A DNA stretch of 50,836 nucleotides from a virus (IMGVR_UViG_3300017937_000034:1-50836), one strand, 5' to 3'. Shown: positions 18,417-28,720, counted from the stretch's first letter. Numbers and translations are program-made. Notes: generated by a model from the letters alone, not told the origin.

Positions 18417-20699
18417 ATGGCTGTCAGGACCAACCTTGTTCTCAACCCCAGCTTCGAGGACGGCGCTACCGCTCCCACTCCCCCGGCCGATTGGCTGGTT
18501 GAGGCCAACTCGAGCACGGGCTTCTTCTGGGAGGACAACTCTTCGCGGCATCAGACAGTCGCGAACTCGTCGACTCGGTCGCTGAGGCTCAACAACAGCT
18601 CGGCGGCCGCCAACGCGCTGTACACCACCCTCAGCTTGGCCGCTGGGACGTACACCGTTTCAGTCTGGGCGCAGGTGCTTGCCAGCACCACGAATGCCGC
18701 GCTGATGGTCCGCACTCACTCGGGTGGAAGCGCCAGCGCGGGGACCCTGTGGGGCGAGCAGCATTGGACCAGCCCGAACAACGTGTGGACGCGCAAGTCC
18801 ATCACCTTCACGCTCACGGCGACTACCAGCATCGATGTCTTCCTTGGGCTCGGCATCGGCACCGGTGGCACGTCCGCTGGCTCGGTCCGCTTCGACGAGG
18901 TCCTGCTCGAGGCCGGCTCGACGCTGAACGACTACTTCGATGGCGGCTTCACGGCAACAAGCAGCGTTACCTACTCGTGGAACGGGACCGCCAACAACTC
19001 GACCTCCAAGGCGGACGACGGGTCTGTCGTCACGCCCCCGCCGGTCGTCAACAACGGGTGGGCATTGGTGGAGTCCAACTCCGCCGCCACCACGTTCGCC
19101 ACGAACGGGGCCCTCGACTCGACGAAGTTCTATACGAAGACCGGCTTCAACGGCACCAACGGCGATGGCACCTACTACGCGGACCGCACTTACGTGCAGG
19201 GTGGCCAGGTCATCGTCATGCCCGACCAGGATCACATTGGTGGGTTCGACTCCCGGCATCGTCCGCTGACCTACGGCAAGTGGGACGTCTACATGAAGCT
19301 GACGCCGGTCGTCGGCTACAAGTGCGTGATCTTCCTCTGGCCCGACTCCGAGGCGTGGACAGACGGCGAGTGGGACTTCGTCGAGTGCACCGACAGCACG
19401 GGCGCGACCTTCCAAATCTTCTTCCACCTGCCCGGCAACCCAACCAACAACTCGAAGCAGACCAGGGTCACCCAGAACATCACGGGTGCCTTCAACAAGT
19501 TCACGATCGAGAAGCTGCCGACGAGCGTGACGGTTAAGGTGAACGACCTCCAGGTCTACCAAGTCACCGACACGGCGTGGGTCGGAACGACGCCGTGCCA
19601 CCTCGTGGTGCAGACAGACGTTGGTATGCCCGACGGCGCGAACGGCGTCAGCGTCCGGGCGGGTTATCCGGCCAACACCAACCCACGATTCCAGGTGGCC
19701 ATCAGCCAGATCGACATCTGGGTCCCGGCGACGGTCTCGGCGAACGCGCCGCTATCAGCGTCCGACCAGGGTTCGTCCAGCGACTCCGGCGTGCTGGGTA
19801 CGACTCGAGCGACGTTGTTCTCGAGCGACGACGACGGAGCATCGACCGACCACGCCCAGCTTCTCGTCCCTCGCAGTCTGCTGGCCGCTACAGAGCGGGG
19901 GCAGGCCATCGACGTCGCAAGCCTTTCGGTCAACGGCAGCACGCCGTCCACGATGCTCATCGGCTATGACGAGGGCACATCGCTCGACTTCGGACGCCTT
20001 GCTGGCAGCTCGCAATACCTGAACGCGAACGACCGAGGCCGAAGCCTCGACACCGCAACTCTTCAAACGGCGGTCGATCTGTCGGTCCGTCCGGTGGTGG
20101 GCAGCGTGGCCGAGGAAATCTACGAGTCGCTCTCTCCCATCAGCACCGATGACCCGAACAACGGATGGGCGCTGCTTCGCCTGATCTCTGCGATTGCCGA
20201 CCCCACGATGCAGTGGACCAATGATCTGGTGCGGGATACCGATGCGGGGACCGGCTGGTCGACCATCATGGACCTTGATCAAGCGCCGGCCGATGTCCTC
20301 CCTTGGCTCGCTCAGTTCGTCGGCGTCGACACGAGCGATGACCTCGACGTCGAGAGCCAGCGCCTACGTATCCGAGAGACCGCGGGATTCCAGCGCGGGA
20401 CCCGGAGCTCGGTTGAAGGAGCGGCTCGTCAGTACCTCAGTGGCAGTAGGACGGTACTGGTATCCGAGCGCGATACGAGTCCCTATCACCTCACGGTGAC
20501 CACCTTCGCCGCCGAGACGCCGGAACCATCCAAGGTGGGGGCGGCGCTAGAAGCCGCTAAGCCCGCCGGTTTGGTCCTAGAGTTCGTTGTGTCTTCCGGC
20601 GCTTCGTATGGGGCTCTGAAGGCAACAGGACTGACATACCGCCAGCTGCAAGCTCTCTATTCGACTCCCAAGGTCATGAAGCTCGCCGTGCTGGTCTGA
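18417..20699 (+). CDS. CBM-like + GH16-like + P2 gpI-like baseplate wedge fusion
   Basis: NLVLNPSFE (CBM4/9-like start), GEWDFVE (GH16 ExDxxE), C-terminal APADVLPWLAQFVGV...AAKPAG. Confidence 0.7.
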   Translation: MAVRTNLVLNPSFEDGATAPTPPADWLVEANSSTGFFWEDNSSRHQTVANSSTRSLRLNNSSAAANALYTTLSLAAGTYTVSVWAQVLASTTNAALMVRTHSGGSASAGTLWGEQHWTSPNNVWTRKSITFTLTATTSIDVFLGLGIGTGGTSAGSVRFDEVLLEAGSTLNDYFDGGFTATSSVTYSWNGTANNSTSKADDGSVVTPPPVVNNGWALVESNSAATTFATNGALDSTKFYTKTGFNGTNGDGTYYADRTYVQGGQVIVMPDQDHIGGFDSRHRPLTYGKWDVYMKLTPVVGYKCVIFLWPDSEAWTDGEWDFVECTDSTGATFQIFFHLPGNPTNNSKQTRVTQNITGAFNKFTIEKLPTSVTVKVNDLQVYQVTDTAWVGTTPCHLVVQTDVGMPDGANGVSVRAGYPANTNPRFQVAISQIDIWVPATVSANAPLSASDQGSSSDSGVLGTTRATLFSSDDDGASTDHAQLLVPRSLLAATERGQAIDVASLSVNGSTPSTMLIGYDEGTSLDFGRLAGSSQYLNANDRGRSLDTATLQTAVDLSVRPVVGSVAEEIYESLSPISTDDPNNGWALLRLISAIADPTMQWTNDLVRDTDAGTGWSTIMDLDQAPADVLPWLAQFVGVDTSDDLDVESQRLRIRETAGFQRGTRSSVEGAARQYLSGSRTVLVSERDTSPYHLTVTTFAAETPEPSKVGAALEAAKPAGLVLEFVVSSGASYGALKATGLTYRQLQALYSTPKVMKLAVLV

Positions 20700-20705
20700 G
20701 GAACA

Positions 20706-21341
20706 ATGCCGACCCAGAACACACCGATCTTCAAGTACCCATACCCCGACGAGGACACGTCGAATGACTACCCGACGCACCTAGCGGCGCTGGCTCTGGC
20801 CATCGAGACTGAGCAGGCCCAGAGCGGTTCACTTGAGCATCGGCCGCCCGCAGGACTCCGAGGTCGTCGGTACTTCGCCACCGCCCGGAATCACCCAACC
20901 ACGGGAGCGGTGAAGCCGTGGAACGTCCTGTACTACGACGACGGGACGGCGTGGCATGCGCTCAACAAGGGAGCGTGGCTCGACTTCTCCTGGTCCTGGG
21001 CCGTAGCGGGGTCGCCACCGTTCGCGTTGAGTTTGATTCAGGATTCGCGCACGGTGAATCGCTACCGCTACGACGACTACGAGTGCACCTACGTGGTCAA
21101 CCAGCTAGTGCAGTTGACCGGCACAGACGCTGCAGCGTTCGTCACCGTAACCCTGCCGATCCCTGCGCTCGACGACACGACAGTCACCGTCCAGGCGCAA
21201 AACGAGGTCTGCAAGGGCTTCATCGACTCGAGCTTGCAAGTGCTCGAGTTCTATCCGTCGCTCTTCCTGAACGCAACGAAGTGGGCTGCTAACGGCTCGC
21301 CCTACTGGTTTCGAGCCAACGTGACCTATCGAATCGCTTGA
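20706..21341 (+). CDS. Minor tail/fibre protein
   Basis: YPYP N-terminus, LYYDDGTAW motif; synteny. Confidence 0.65.
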   Translation: MPTQNTPIFKYPYPDEDTSNDYPTHLAALALAIETEQAQSGSLEHRPPAGLRGRRYFATARNHPTTGAVKPWNVLYYDDGTAWHALNKGAWLDFSWSWAVAGSPPFALSLIQDSRTVNRYRYDDYECTYVVNQLVQLTGTDAAAFVTVTLPIPALDDTTVTVQAQNEVCKGFIDSSLQVLEFYPSLFLNATKWAANGSPYWFRANVTYRIA

Positions 21342-21379
21342 CGTTGATGTTCACGTCCTCGCGGATAGCCTGAGGACCA

Positions 21380-21700
21380 ATGATCGACCGGCCTGGTCAG
21401 TGGCCTGACACGCACATCTACGCACATGAACTGCCGAAGCGCTTCGATGTCGCTTTCGCGAACGCATCGGGCGGGGTCGACCTCAGCGCGTCCACGGTCA
21501 CGGTCGTCGTCAAGAACGACGGACTTGAAATCGGCTCGCTCGAGGTTGACATGGCCAACGCGTCCGGAGGAGTTCTGTGGCTCACCGTCGATCAAACGAT
21601 CTATGACGCGATGGGCCGTTACTCGACCTGGCAACTGAGCGAGTCTCCGCTCTTCGGCGGAGACGTTGTCGTCCAAGGCCGACTGGTTAAGGAAGGCTGA
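21380..21700 (+). CDS. Small BppU-like tail protein
   Basis: VDLSASTV motif; overlaps the start of the next gene. Confidence 0.55.
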   Translation: MIDRPGQWPDTHIYAHELPKRFDVAFANASGGVDLSASTVTVVVKNDGLEIGSLEVDMANASGGVLWLTVDQTIYDAMGRYSTWQLSESPLFGGDVVVQGRLVKEG

Positions 21701-24471
21701 TGGCGTCGGTCGTTGAGGTAATCAACAAGGTGGTTGTCGTCGAGATTACGACTGACGACGCTGGCGCGGCAGGCTATGCCACCGCTGCCGCACTGCACGC
21801 CGAAGTTGTCGCACGCGAGTCAATGCTCGTCGACGGAAAGCTCGCTCCTGACCTGCTCCCTTCATTGGCGATCGGCGAGACGTACGTCGTCAACTCTGAG
21901 GCAGCGATGCTTGCCCTCAATGTTCAGAAGGGCGACCTCGCCAAGCGGACGGACATCGACGGGGGCACGCCCTTCATCCTTGCCTCGCCTGACCCAACTC
22001 AAGTCGCCAACTGGATTCGCCTCACGGGTGACTACGCGCTGTCAAGCGACCTCACTGCCGAGGTGCAGCGAGCGCAAAGCGCCGAAAGCTACGGGATCGC
22101 CAACACCACATCTGCGGTCTTCAACCACGAGCAGAACGACGTCCATGCGCAGCCACAGCCGCCGATCATTGGATCAGGCCCGAACCAGGCAGTCCCTGGC
22201 AACGACGCTCGTCTGACGGACAAGCGCGTCTCCCCCGACAACTCGGTCACGCCCGCTCAGCTCACAGCAGCCGTCCAAGCTCTATTCGATGCAGCTGGCT
22301 CCGCCGATGCCGTCCACACGCTGCTAAACACGCTCTCGGCATCGACACCCCGCATCTTCACGAGCGTGGGGCCGGTCACCTCGACCTACGCAGCGACGGC
22401 CTGGCAGATCGTTCAGATCGACACCACGGGTGGGGCGTTCACTCTGCCGCTGCCCGCAGGCTCGAGCTTGAACCTCGGTGACACGATTGGCTTCAAACTT
22501 CGCGCCATCTCGGGCACGAACTACCCGACGATCACCACCGCGGGCGTAGACACGATCAATGGCTCGCTGACCTCAGCACAGCTGAAGCTCGTCGACGAGC
22601 TGGTTACGTTCGTGTGGGTTGGAAGCGGCTGGCTCGTTGGGCCAGGTCACAAATCGTTGGGCTCGCTCGACGGCCGGTACGCGCCGATCGACTCGGTGCC
22701 GACGGTCTACCAGTCGTATGTCTCGGGCCTGGTCGTCACCAACTCGAACCTGGCCGCACTCGCAGCAGAGTCGGGCTACGTGTGGGCTGTCGTCGACTCC
22801 ACTGGCCACATCGCGATGGGCATCAAGCCGGACGGCACCCTCTACGCGCCGAAGTACAACGTCACGGGTATCTCGGTGTCGCAACTCGCGTCGGACGTGC
22901 TCGCCCGGCTGCCAGCAGGCAACGTCGGTTCCCAGCTGCAATACATGCCCGACGAGCAAACGCAGTACCCGTTCGCCATCGTGGACTCGAACGGCAAGAT
23001 CGCGTTCGCCATAGACACGGCTGGCCACGTTCAAGCGATCACTACGATCAGCGACGGAGCGATCACGCTTGCCAAGCTCGCCGCACCAGTTCAGACGGTG
23101 CTTCCGCAGACGTTTGGCACCGAATCTGGTTACGCGTGGGCCGTAGTTGACTCGGCCGGCCGCACCGCCCTGGCAATCACCAACGACGGCACGCTCTTCG
23201 CCCCGAAGTTCTCGCTGCCGAATGGCTCAGTGAACTACTCCAAGCTCGACGCTTCGATCACAAGCCTCCTGCCGCAGACCTTGAGCACTGAATCGGGCTA
23301 CGCCTTTGCTGTTGTCGATCAAGACGGACGCGTCAGCTTCGGCGTCGATCCCACTGGGAAGCTCATTGCTCCAGGAATCAGCTCGACCGATCGCTCGTCC
23401 ACAGTCGCAGAGAATCCCAACTACCTCATCGAACCGTTCGTTGACGGGGCGGGCAGGTATCAACTGCGGTCGCACCACCGCGCCGACGGTCAGGTCACTG
23501 TTCTGACGACATCCGGCAACAACTTCGATGCCAAGCTGACAGCAGACGACTACGTCATCTACAGGTCCGACCGGACTGGAGTCACCAAGCAAGTCTTCAG
23601 AGCTGCCCTTGGTGGCTCTGAGTACGGCGTCATCCCCTCGCTTGCCGATGGCATCGGATTCTGGGGCGACAGCCTGACCCAGGGGGCGGGCGGCGGCGGC
23701 GTTACAACGGCGAACGTGGTGGCGGGCCTGCTGGGCGTGCCGACATCGAACCAAGGGATCGGCGGCCAGGGATCACAAAGTATTGCCGCCCGCCAGAACG
23801 GACAGCCGGCGCTCCTCACCGTCACCAGCAACCAGATTCCGGCGTCCGGAGCGGTCGCAGTGACCGCACTATCGACGACGCTGCTCACCGGCGCCGGCGG
23901 CGGCGCGATGAGCGCCACGGGCACACTCGCTGGCGTGCCGGGCACCTTGGCATTCGACGGTACGAACTACACCTTCACCCGAACAACGCCCGGAGCCACC
24001 GTGGCGTGTCCGGCAGGAACCCCGTTCATCACCGACATCGGTGTCAGCTATCAAGATCACGTTCAGATTCTCTGGCTCGGCCGGAACACGCTGACAAACC
24101 CAGCTCAGGTGGCGAGTGATACAGCGGCTTGCGTTGCATATCTAAAGAACCTTCAGAAACGGTTCCTTGTTCTGAGCGTGCTGAACGGAGCTGGCGAGAC
24201 GACCGGCACGACGAACTACAACTACATCAAGACGATCAACGACGGTTTCGCCGCCACCTACGGTGGCCGGTACCTCGACATTCGCAGCTATCTCGTGCAG
24301 CACGGTTTGGCCGATGCAGGTATCACGCCGACAACTCAGGACACCAGTGACATCGCTGGCGACACTGTTCCGACCTCACTTCGAGCGGACAACATTCACC
24401 TCTTGGGCGTGGGTTACACGGTCGTCGGGACTCAAATAGCAAACAAGATCACAAGCCTCGGATGGAGCTAA
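21700..24471 (+). CDS. Tail fibre with internal repeats and C-terminal SGNH-hydrolase domain
   Basis: Four ~30 aa repeats (ESGYxWAVVDSxG...DG.L.AP); WGDSLT, GRN and DNIH SGNH blocks. Confidence 0.8.
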   Translation: MASVVEVINKVVVVEITTDDAGAAGYATAAALHAEVVARESMLVDGKLAPDLLPSLAIGETYVVNSEAAMLALNVQKGDLAKRTDIDGGTPFILASPDPTQVANWIRLTGDYALSSDLTAEVQRAQSAESYGIANTTSAVFNHEQNDVHAQPQPPIIGSGPNQAVPGNDARLTDKRVSPDNSVTPAQLTAAVQALFDAAGSADAVHTLLNTLSASTPRIFTSVGPVTSTYAATAWQIVQIDTTGGAFTLPLPAGSSLNLGDTIGFKLRAISGTNYPTITTAGVDTINGSLTSAQLKLVDELVTFVWVGSGWLVGPGHKSLGSLDGRYAPIDSVPTVYQSYVSGLVVTNSNLAALAAESGYVWAVVDSTGHIAMGIKPDGTLYAPKYNVTGISVSQLASDVLARLPAGNVGSQLQYMPDEQTQYPFAIVDSNGKIAFAIDTAGHVQAITTISDGAITLAKLAAPVQTVLPQTFGTESGYAWAVVDSAGRTALAITNDGTLFAPKFSLPNGSVNYSKLDASITSLLPQTLSTESGYAFAVVDQDGRVSFGVDPTGKLIAPGISSTDRSSTVAENPNYLIEPFVDGAGRYQLRSHHRADGQVTVLTTSGNNFDAKLTADDYVIYRSDRTGVTKQVFRAALGGSEYGVIPSLADGIGFWGDSLTQGAGGGGVTTANVVAGLLGVPTSNQGIGGQGSQSIAARQNGQPALLTVTSNQIPASGAVAVTALSTTLLTGAGGGAMSATGTLAGVPGTLAFDGTNYTFTRTTPGATVACPAGTPFITDIGVSYQDHVQILWLGRNTLTNPAQVASDTAACVAYLKNLQKRFLVLSVLNGAGETTGTTNYNYIKTINDGFAATYGGRYLDIRSYLVQHGLADAGITPTTQDTSDIAGDTVPTSLRADNIHLLGVGYTVVGTQIANKITSLGWS
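22768..23375 (+). repeat. Four degenerate in-frame repeats in the tail fibre
   Basis: ESGYVWAVVDSTG / QYPFAIVDSNG / ESGYAWAVVDSAG / ESGYAFAVVDQDG; boundaries approximate. Confidence 0.75.
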
Positions 24472-24475
24472 TGCA

Positions 24476-25372
24476 ATGACCGGTCTCAAAATGGTTCTAC
24501 CAACGTCTTTCACGGACACATCACTGTCGGTCCTGCATGACGATGCGATTCTGTCGAGCGGTTCATTGATGCTCGTGGACGCTATCCACTCTGCGAATCC
24601 TTGGGCATCCGGTGTGCCTACGAACGGCTTTGCTATTCCGAACATTGCTTGGAAAGAAGCAGCAGCGCTGCTGGGCTCAGGTACTCAATCGTCGCTCGCT
24701 GGGCAGCTCATCGTTTCTGGGAGCATAAACAACAACACCAAAGGCAAGATGGAGCGGTCGGGCAAGGGCGGCCTGCACGTAATCGTTTCCCAGGCGACTG
24801 CTCTGACCAGCTCAGATGGCGTGGTGGCCAACTTGCCTCAAGCCATCCGCACCTACATCAAGAACAACCCGACACACAGTTACTACTTTTCGGCATGGGA
24901 CTACGTCACACGAATCCAGCCGGGAACAGTCAACAGCGCGAACGGTATCGCCCTATACGACATCAGCGCGGGAAACACTGGGGCGTTGCTAGTCATGCCA
25001 CGCACGGACGTGATCGTTACGACGTCAGGAGCGAGTAGTGGTTCTCGGGTAGCCCCGTCACTCAATGCAGCCGGCGCGAGGTATATCTCCCAGGCGGTTC
25101 CGTCGAGCAGCCTCAATCTCGACACTCAGACCGAAGGCGGTGCAATTTGGGGCGCTCCATCCAGTACCTACAACGCGGCGGTGCTGGCCAGCCGAAACAA
25201 CCTTTGGCCATCGTCGATCATGTATCGCTACTACCTCGAAGACTTGACGGTTTCCGGTCGCAGTTTTGCAGCTGTGGACGCACTCGACTACGCCCTCTAT
25301 CAGGCCGCCGTAACCACATCGGGTGGTCGCTACAACGGCGACACCTTTACCTCACCGACCACGGTTCCCTAA
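24476..25372 (+). CDS. Hypothetical tail-associated protein
   Basis: 298 aa directly after the fibre gene; lower GC. Confidence 0.75.
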   Translation: MTGLKMVLPTSFTDTSLSVLHDDAILSSGSLMLVDAIHSANPWASGVPTNGFAIPNIAWKEAAALLGSGTQSSLAGQLIVSGSINNNTKGKMERSGKGGLHVIVSQATALTSSDGVVANLPQAIRTYIKNNPTHSYYFSAWDYVTRIQPGTVNSANGIALYDISAGNTGALLVMPRTDVIVTTSGASSGSRVAPSLNAAGARYISQAVPSSSLNLDTQTEGGAIWGAPSSTYNAAVLASRNNLWPSSIMYRYYLEDLTVSGRSFAAVDALDYALYQAAVTTSGGRYNGDTFTSPTTVP

Positions 25373-25414
25373 AGGAAGCTTGACGGCCTTCGGCGCCGCA
25401 TCTAGCGTGCTCCG

Positions 25415-25711
25415 TTGGTGGAAAAGGGAATGCAAGTCCTCAGCGATTCGCTCGAAGTGAATGGACGAGCGGTGTTTGCACACGGTCGAATGTTGACTCG
25501 TGGCGAGGTCAAGGGCGCAATGGGAGCATTTTGCGATTTCTGTCAACGCTGCGACCATCACGTCACGAATTGCGATGGCGTCCGGTGCGAAAGCTGCGGT
25601 GGCCAGTGCGTTCCCGTGGCGAATGACCACGCGGAAGCGCGGGCGTTTGCTCGGTCGAAGCTGAAAGTTCAGCGCTGGCTGCGCTGGACGGCGCATTCTC
25701 AATATCGTTAA
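25415..25711 (+). CDS. Small putative zinc-ribbon protein
   Basis: CDFC and CESC motifs; start uncertain. Confidence 0.4.
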   Translation: MVEKGMQVLSDSLEVNGRAVFAHGRMLTRGEVKGAMGAFCDFCQRCDHHVTNCDGVRCESCGGQCVPVANDHAEARAFARSKLKVQRWLRWTAHSQYR

Positions 25712-25800
25712 GCGATTCCCTGGCCAGAGCCTGGTTTACGTAACGTCATCCCTCTACCTGAGAGTTGCTGATCCGCCTCCGATAGCGCGATCGTTCACCG

Positions 25801-26001
25801 GTGAAGTGCCGAGAGTGCGACGTGCCAGCGATGGTCCACGTCCGGTATCCAGATGGCACCACAGCCTTTTTCTGCATCGGCCACGTTGGTGCAGCCGGCG
25901 AGGTGGACGACTGGCACGAAGTCGGTGGTGTCTGCGGCGCGCCCGACGCCATCTGGCTGGTGTCGCACGGCCCACTCGAGGAAGGGTCATGTCGGACGTA
26001 G
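25801..26001 (+). CDS. Small Cys/His protein
   Basis: CREC...CIGH motifs. Confidence 0.4.
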   Translation: MKCRECDVPAMVHVRYPDGTTAFFCIGHVGAAGEVDDWHEVGGVCGAPDAIWLVSHGPLEEGSCRT

Positions 26002-26517
26002 GCAGCCGCCGTCCTTGGCCAAGACGAGAGCTTCGTAGCGTTCGAGGCGACTACCGATGCTCACCAGACCTTGCTCGATCTGAGTCAACGTGATCACGAA
26101 GCCGCCGATGTGGACCTCCTCACCGCTGATGAACAGATCGTCGGGTCGCTTGCCCTCGTGGCGGCCAGTGAATTGCCCATATGCGTCGCCTTCCGGGTCC
26201 TCAAAGTGCGTGTACCAGTCCCGCAGGTTCTTGAGCGGAGCAGAGAGGTCCTTGTCGAAGCCCGCCAGGCCAAGCTTGCGAAGCGCCTTCTCTAGCTGTG
26301 CAGCTGCGACGAGGAGGAAGTGGAACTCGTACTCGAACGCGTACTCCGCTTTTCGGGACACGGCAGGTGGCCGTCCGTCGACCCACTTGTCGAGCGCCAG
26401 CTCGGCATTGATGGCCTCCTGCGCCGCTCTGACGCGCTCCACTTGCTTCGACGCGCCAGCATGAAAGATCAGCACCTGCCGGAACAGGTCGATCGCATCC
26501 GCCTTCACCGTGCTCAC
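25987..26517 (-). CDS. Hypothetical protein with HEPN-like Rx4H motif
   Basis: Helical protein with LRDWYTHFED; GAGGGGAG SD upstream. Confidence 0.7.
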   Translation of the reverse strand: MSTVKADAIDLFRQVLIFHAGASKQVERVRAAQEAINAELALDKWVDGRPPAVSRKAEYAFEYEFHFLLVAAAQLEKALRKLGLAGFDKDLSAPLKNLRDWYTHFEDPEGDAYGQFTGRHEGKRPDDLFISGEEVHIGGFVITLTQIEQGLVSIGSRLERYEALVLAKDGGCLRPT

Positions 26518-26646
26518 TACTCCCCCTCACCGGCCGGCTGCAGCGCTCCCGCTATCGATGCTTCGCCTACCGAAGCCTACGAACGGCAAGCCCACATGTG
26601 GTGCGCGACGGGCCGAGTTGACCGACGGAGGCAGCATGGCTGACTA

Positions 26647-26662
26647 TCGAACACATGAGCGA
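26647..26662 (+). promoter_or_regulatory. Putative LexA (SOS) box
   Basis: TCGAACACATGAGCGA versus the actinobacterial consensus TCGAAC-N4-GTTCGA (2 mismatches); contains the ATG of the next gene. Confidence 0.5.
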
Positions 26663-26888
26663 GCGACGAGCACACCGCGGCGGATCACCCCGAACCGATG
26701 AGCAGCTTCGGGCCCACACGTCGGACTTGATCCTGCTTCGGCGTATCGCCGCCGGCGAGGTTGTCAACTCGCCGGAGCTCCGATGGGACCTGCGCCGGCT
26801 CGCTCGCGACGAGCTGATCCTCGTCGGGTTTGGCGCCGGATCACGCCCGATCCTTCTCCCAAGGGGCGAACGACTGTTGAGCGAGTGA
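26655..26888 (+). CDS. Small hypothetical protein (winged-helix-like)
   Basis: 77 aa; L..LARDELI...LLPRGERLL pattern. Confidence 0.55.
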   Translation: MSERRAHRGGSPRTDEQLRAHTSDLILLRRIAAGEVVNSPELRWDLRRLARDELILVGFGAGSRPILLPRGERLLSE

Positions 26889-27839
26889 TCAGGCTTCGAC
26901 GAACGCGATCTTCTCGGCGCGAATAGCCTTGCCCAGGAGCTTTCGGAAGGCGTACATAGCCTCACACAGCGCCTGCATGGCTCCGACAACGGCGTCGTGG
27001 ACGCGGTCGGCGTCTGCCTCAGGGTCCAGCGAGCTCCCGAACATCGTCATGGTTCGCACACCGTTGGCGGTGGTGATCGCCTCTCGCCGCGGGGAAGCGT
27101 GCTCCACGCTCTGCGGGCGCCGGCGGTGGTAGTCCATGCCACGGCGGTTGTCGAGCGCCCGGAACCGGTCACTCGCGTGAAGAGCTTTGACCGCTTCGAC
27201 CGCCGACGTCATGAACCGATTGCCTCCAGTAGCAGCTGTCGCTTGGAGAAGGTTCAACAGGTCGCTGTTGAAGGTCAGCCACGATGCATACGCGTCGGAG
27301 AACGGCGGGAAACCGTTGGCGCGACGATACGGCTTGGTCGTGGCGAGGAACGTAGCTGCTCCGTCGTTGAGCAAGAGCAGACGAAGGACGAGGTTGCCAA
27401 GGCTGTGCGCAGCCCCCAGGACGAAATGCCCCGAAGCCTCAGCTAGGGCCCGCTGAATCATGCGCTGATGCTCGGGCTCGCGGCCAGAAGACGTCGCCAC
27501 GAACCGCTGTACATCCTGTTCGAACGTCCAGGCCAACGCGAGCTGCTCGCCCATTCCGCCCATCACGCCCATGATTTCGAGGAGGCGATTCGGCTCGCGT
27601 GGTGGCCGCTTGCCCCGACGAGGCAACGGCACGATCTTCCCGTCTACCGTTTGCTGCCGCCTGATCGGCAGAGGATAGGCCCACATTTCGGCACCAGCGC
27701 CGGCGGTGCTCAGCTGTTGCCAGGCCATGGCCTCATCGGCAATGCGCTTCCGCCGCTTCGGGGGGATGCATGCTGAGGTTGCGGGTTCATCCCAGGAAGT
27801 CGAGCCAGCGATGAGAGCCGTGATGTGAGACTCGGTCAC
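26889..27839 (-). CDS. Hypothetical protein with HEPN-like Rx4H motif
   Basis: 316 aa helical protein, NRRGMDYHR; starts 3 nt after the PIN gene stop. Confidence 0.7.
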   Translation of the reverse strand: MTESHITALIAGSTSWDEPATSACIPPKRRKRIADEAMAWQQLSTAGAGAEMWAYPLPIRRQQTVDGKIVPLPRRGKRPPREPNRLLEIMGVMGGMGEQLALAWTFEQDVQRFVATSSGREPEHQRMIQRALAEASGHFVLGAAHSLGNLVLRLLLLNDGAATFLATTKPYRRANGFPPFSDAYASWLTFNSDLLNLLQATAATGGNRFMTSAVEAVKALHASDRFRALDNRRGMDYHRRRPQSVEHASPRREAITTANGVRTMTMFGSSLDPEADADRVHDAVVGAMQALCEAMYAFRKLLGKAIRAEKIAFVEA

Positions 27840-27842
27840 AAG

Positions 27843-28679
27843 TCAGTGCCCGACCTCGTAGACGTTGATGACGTCGAGGCCTGCAGATCGAGCAGCGAAC
27901 TGCATGTTCCCGTCGCCCGTCATGAGAGCTACCTTGCGCTCAGTCAGCCGCTGCACGGCTAACGCTCGATCGATGATCTCGGCGTCGGCATCATCGTTCG
28001 GCCTGTGATCGGGAGCATCAATGATCAGCTCCGCAGTCGCACCTGGGGTCGCGAGACTGACGACGGTCGACGGCTCGATGAACTTCTCACGGAGCCGGCG
28101 AGTCGAGACACGAGCCCGAGTCCGCACGTCCTCGTCGTTGGTGTCGCTCACCTTGTTCTTGCGGTCAGTGCGCTTGTGCTTGTCCAGCTCGCGGACGACC
28201 GCCATCGGCACCATGAGTCTGACGGCGCTCGCTCCGGCGAGAGGCGCCCAGGGCACCTCGTCCCAATACTGCTCGTTGTGCTCGTACACGTTCGTGTCGG
28301 CCACCACGATCTTGACCGGGTTGTCCTTCCAAGCTCCTTCGAGCTGGGTGTACTGCTGCACCAGCGCCTCGAAGTAGCGCTGTCGGTCCGTGGTCTCGGC
28401 GCCGATGAGCTCATGGATCGTTGGCCCGTTAGACGTCGCCAACATCTCCATGAGCAGCCAGTGACGACGCGTGAGCAACATCTTCTGAAGGTCGTCGAAG
28501 CTGAAGATCGACCCGAGACCGCGGCTCAACTCCGTCGTCTTGCGCTGGTATTTCTCGAGTGACTCCGCTGCGCTGCCACCGAAACCGTTGATGAACGCGG
28601 TCTTGCACTCGATCAACCAGCGCATGGTCTCCGACATCGGGAAGTCATGCATGGGCACGACGCTCGGGAGCTGCACCAC
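27843..28679 (-). CDS. PIN-domain ribonuclease
   Basis: VADTNV, VPMAVVRELD, DADAEII and LMTGDGNM acidic tetrad. Confidence 0.85.
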   Translation of the reverse strand: MVQLPSVVPMHDFPMSETMRWLIECKTAFINGFGGSAAESLEKYQRKTTELSRGLGSIFSFDDLQKMLLTRRHWLLMEMLATSNGPTIHELIGAETTDRQRYFEALVQQYTQLEGAWKDNPVKIVVADTNVYEHNEQYWDEVPWAPLAGASAVRLMVPMAVVRELDKHKRTDRKNKVSDTNDEDVRTRARVSTRRLREKFIEPSTVVSLATPGATAELIIDAPDHRPNDDADAEIIDRALAVQRLTERKVALMTGDGNMQFAARSAGLDVINVYEVGH

Positions 28680-28720
28680 GTCAGCAACCGACGATTGATG
28701 ACCGGCGGGATGAAGCCAAC

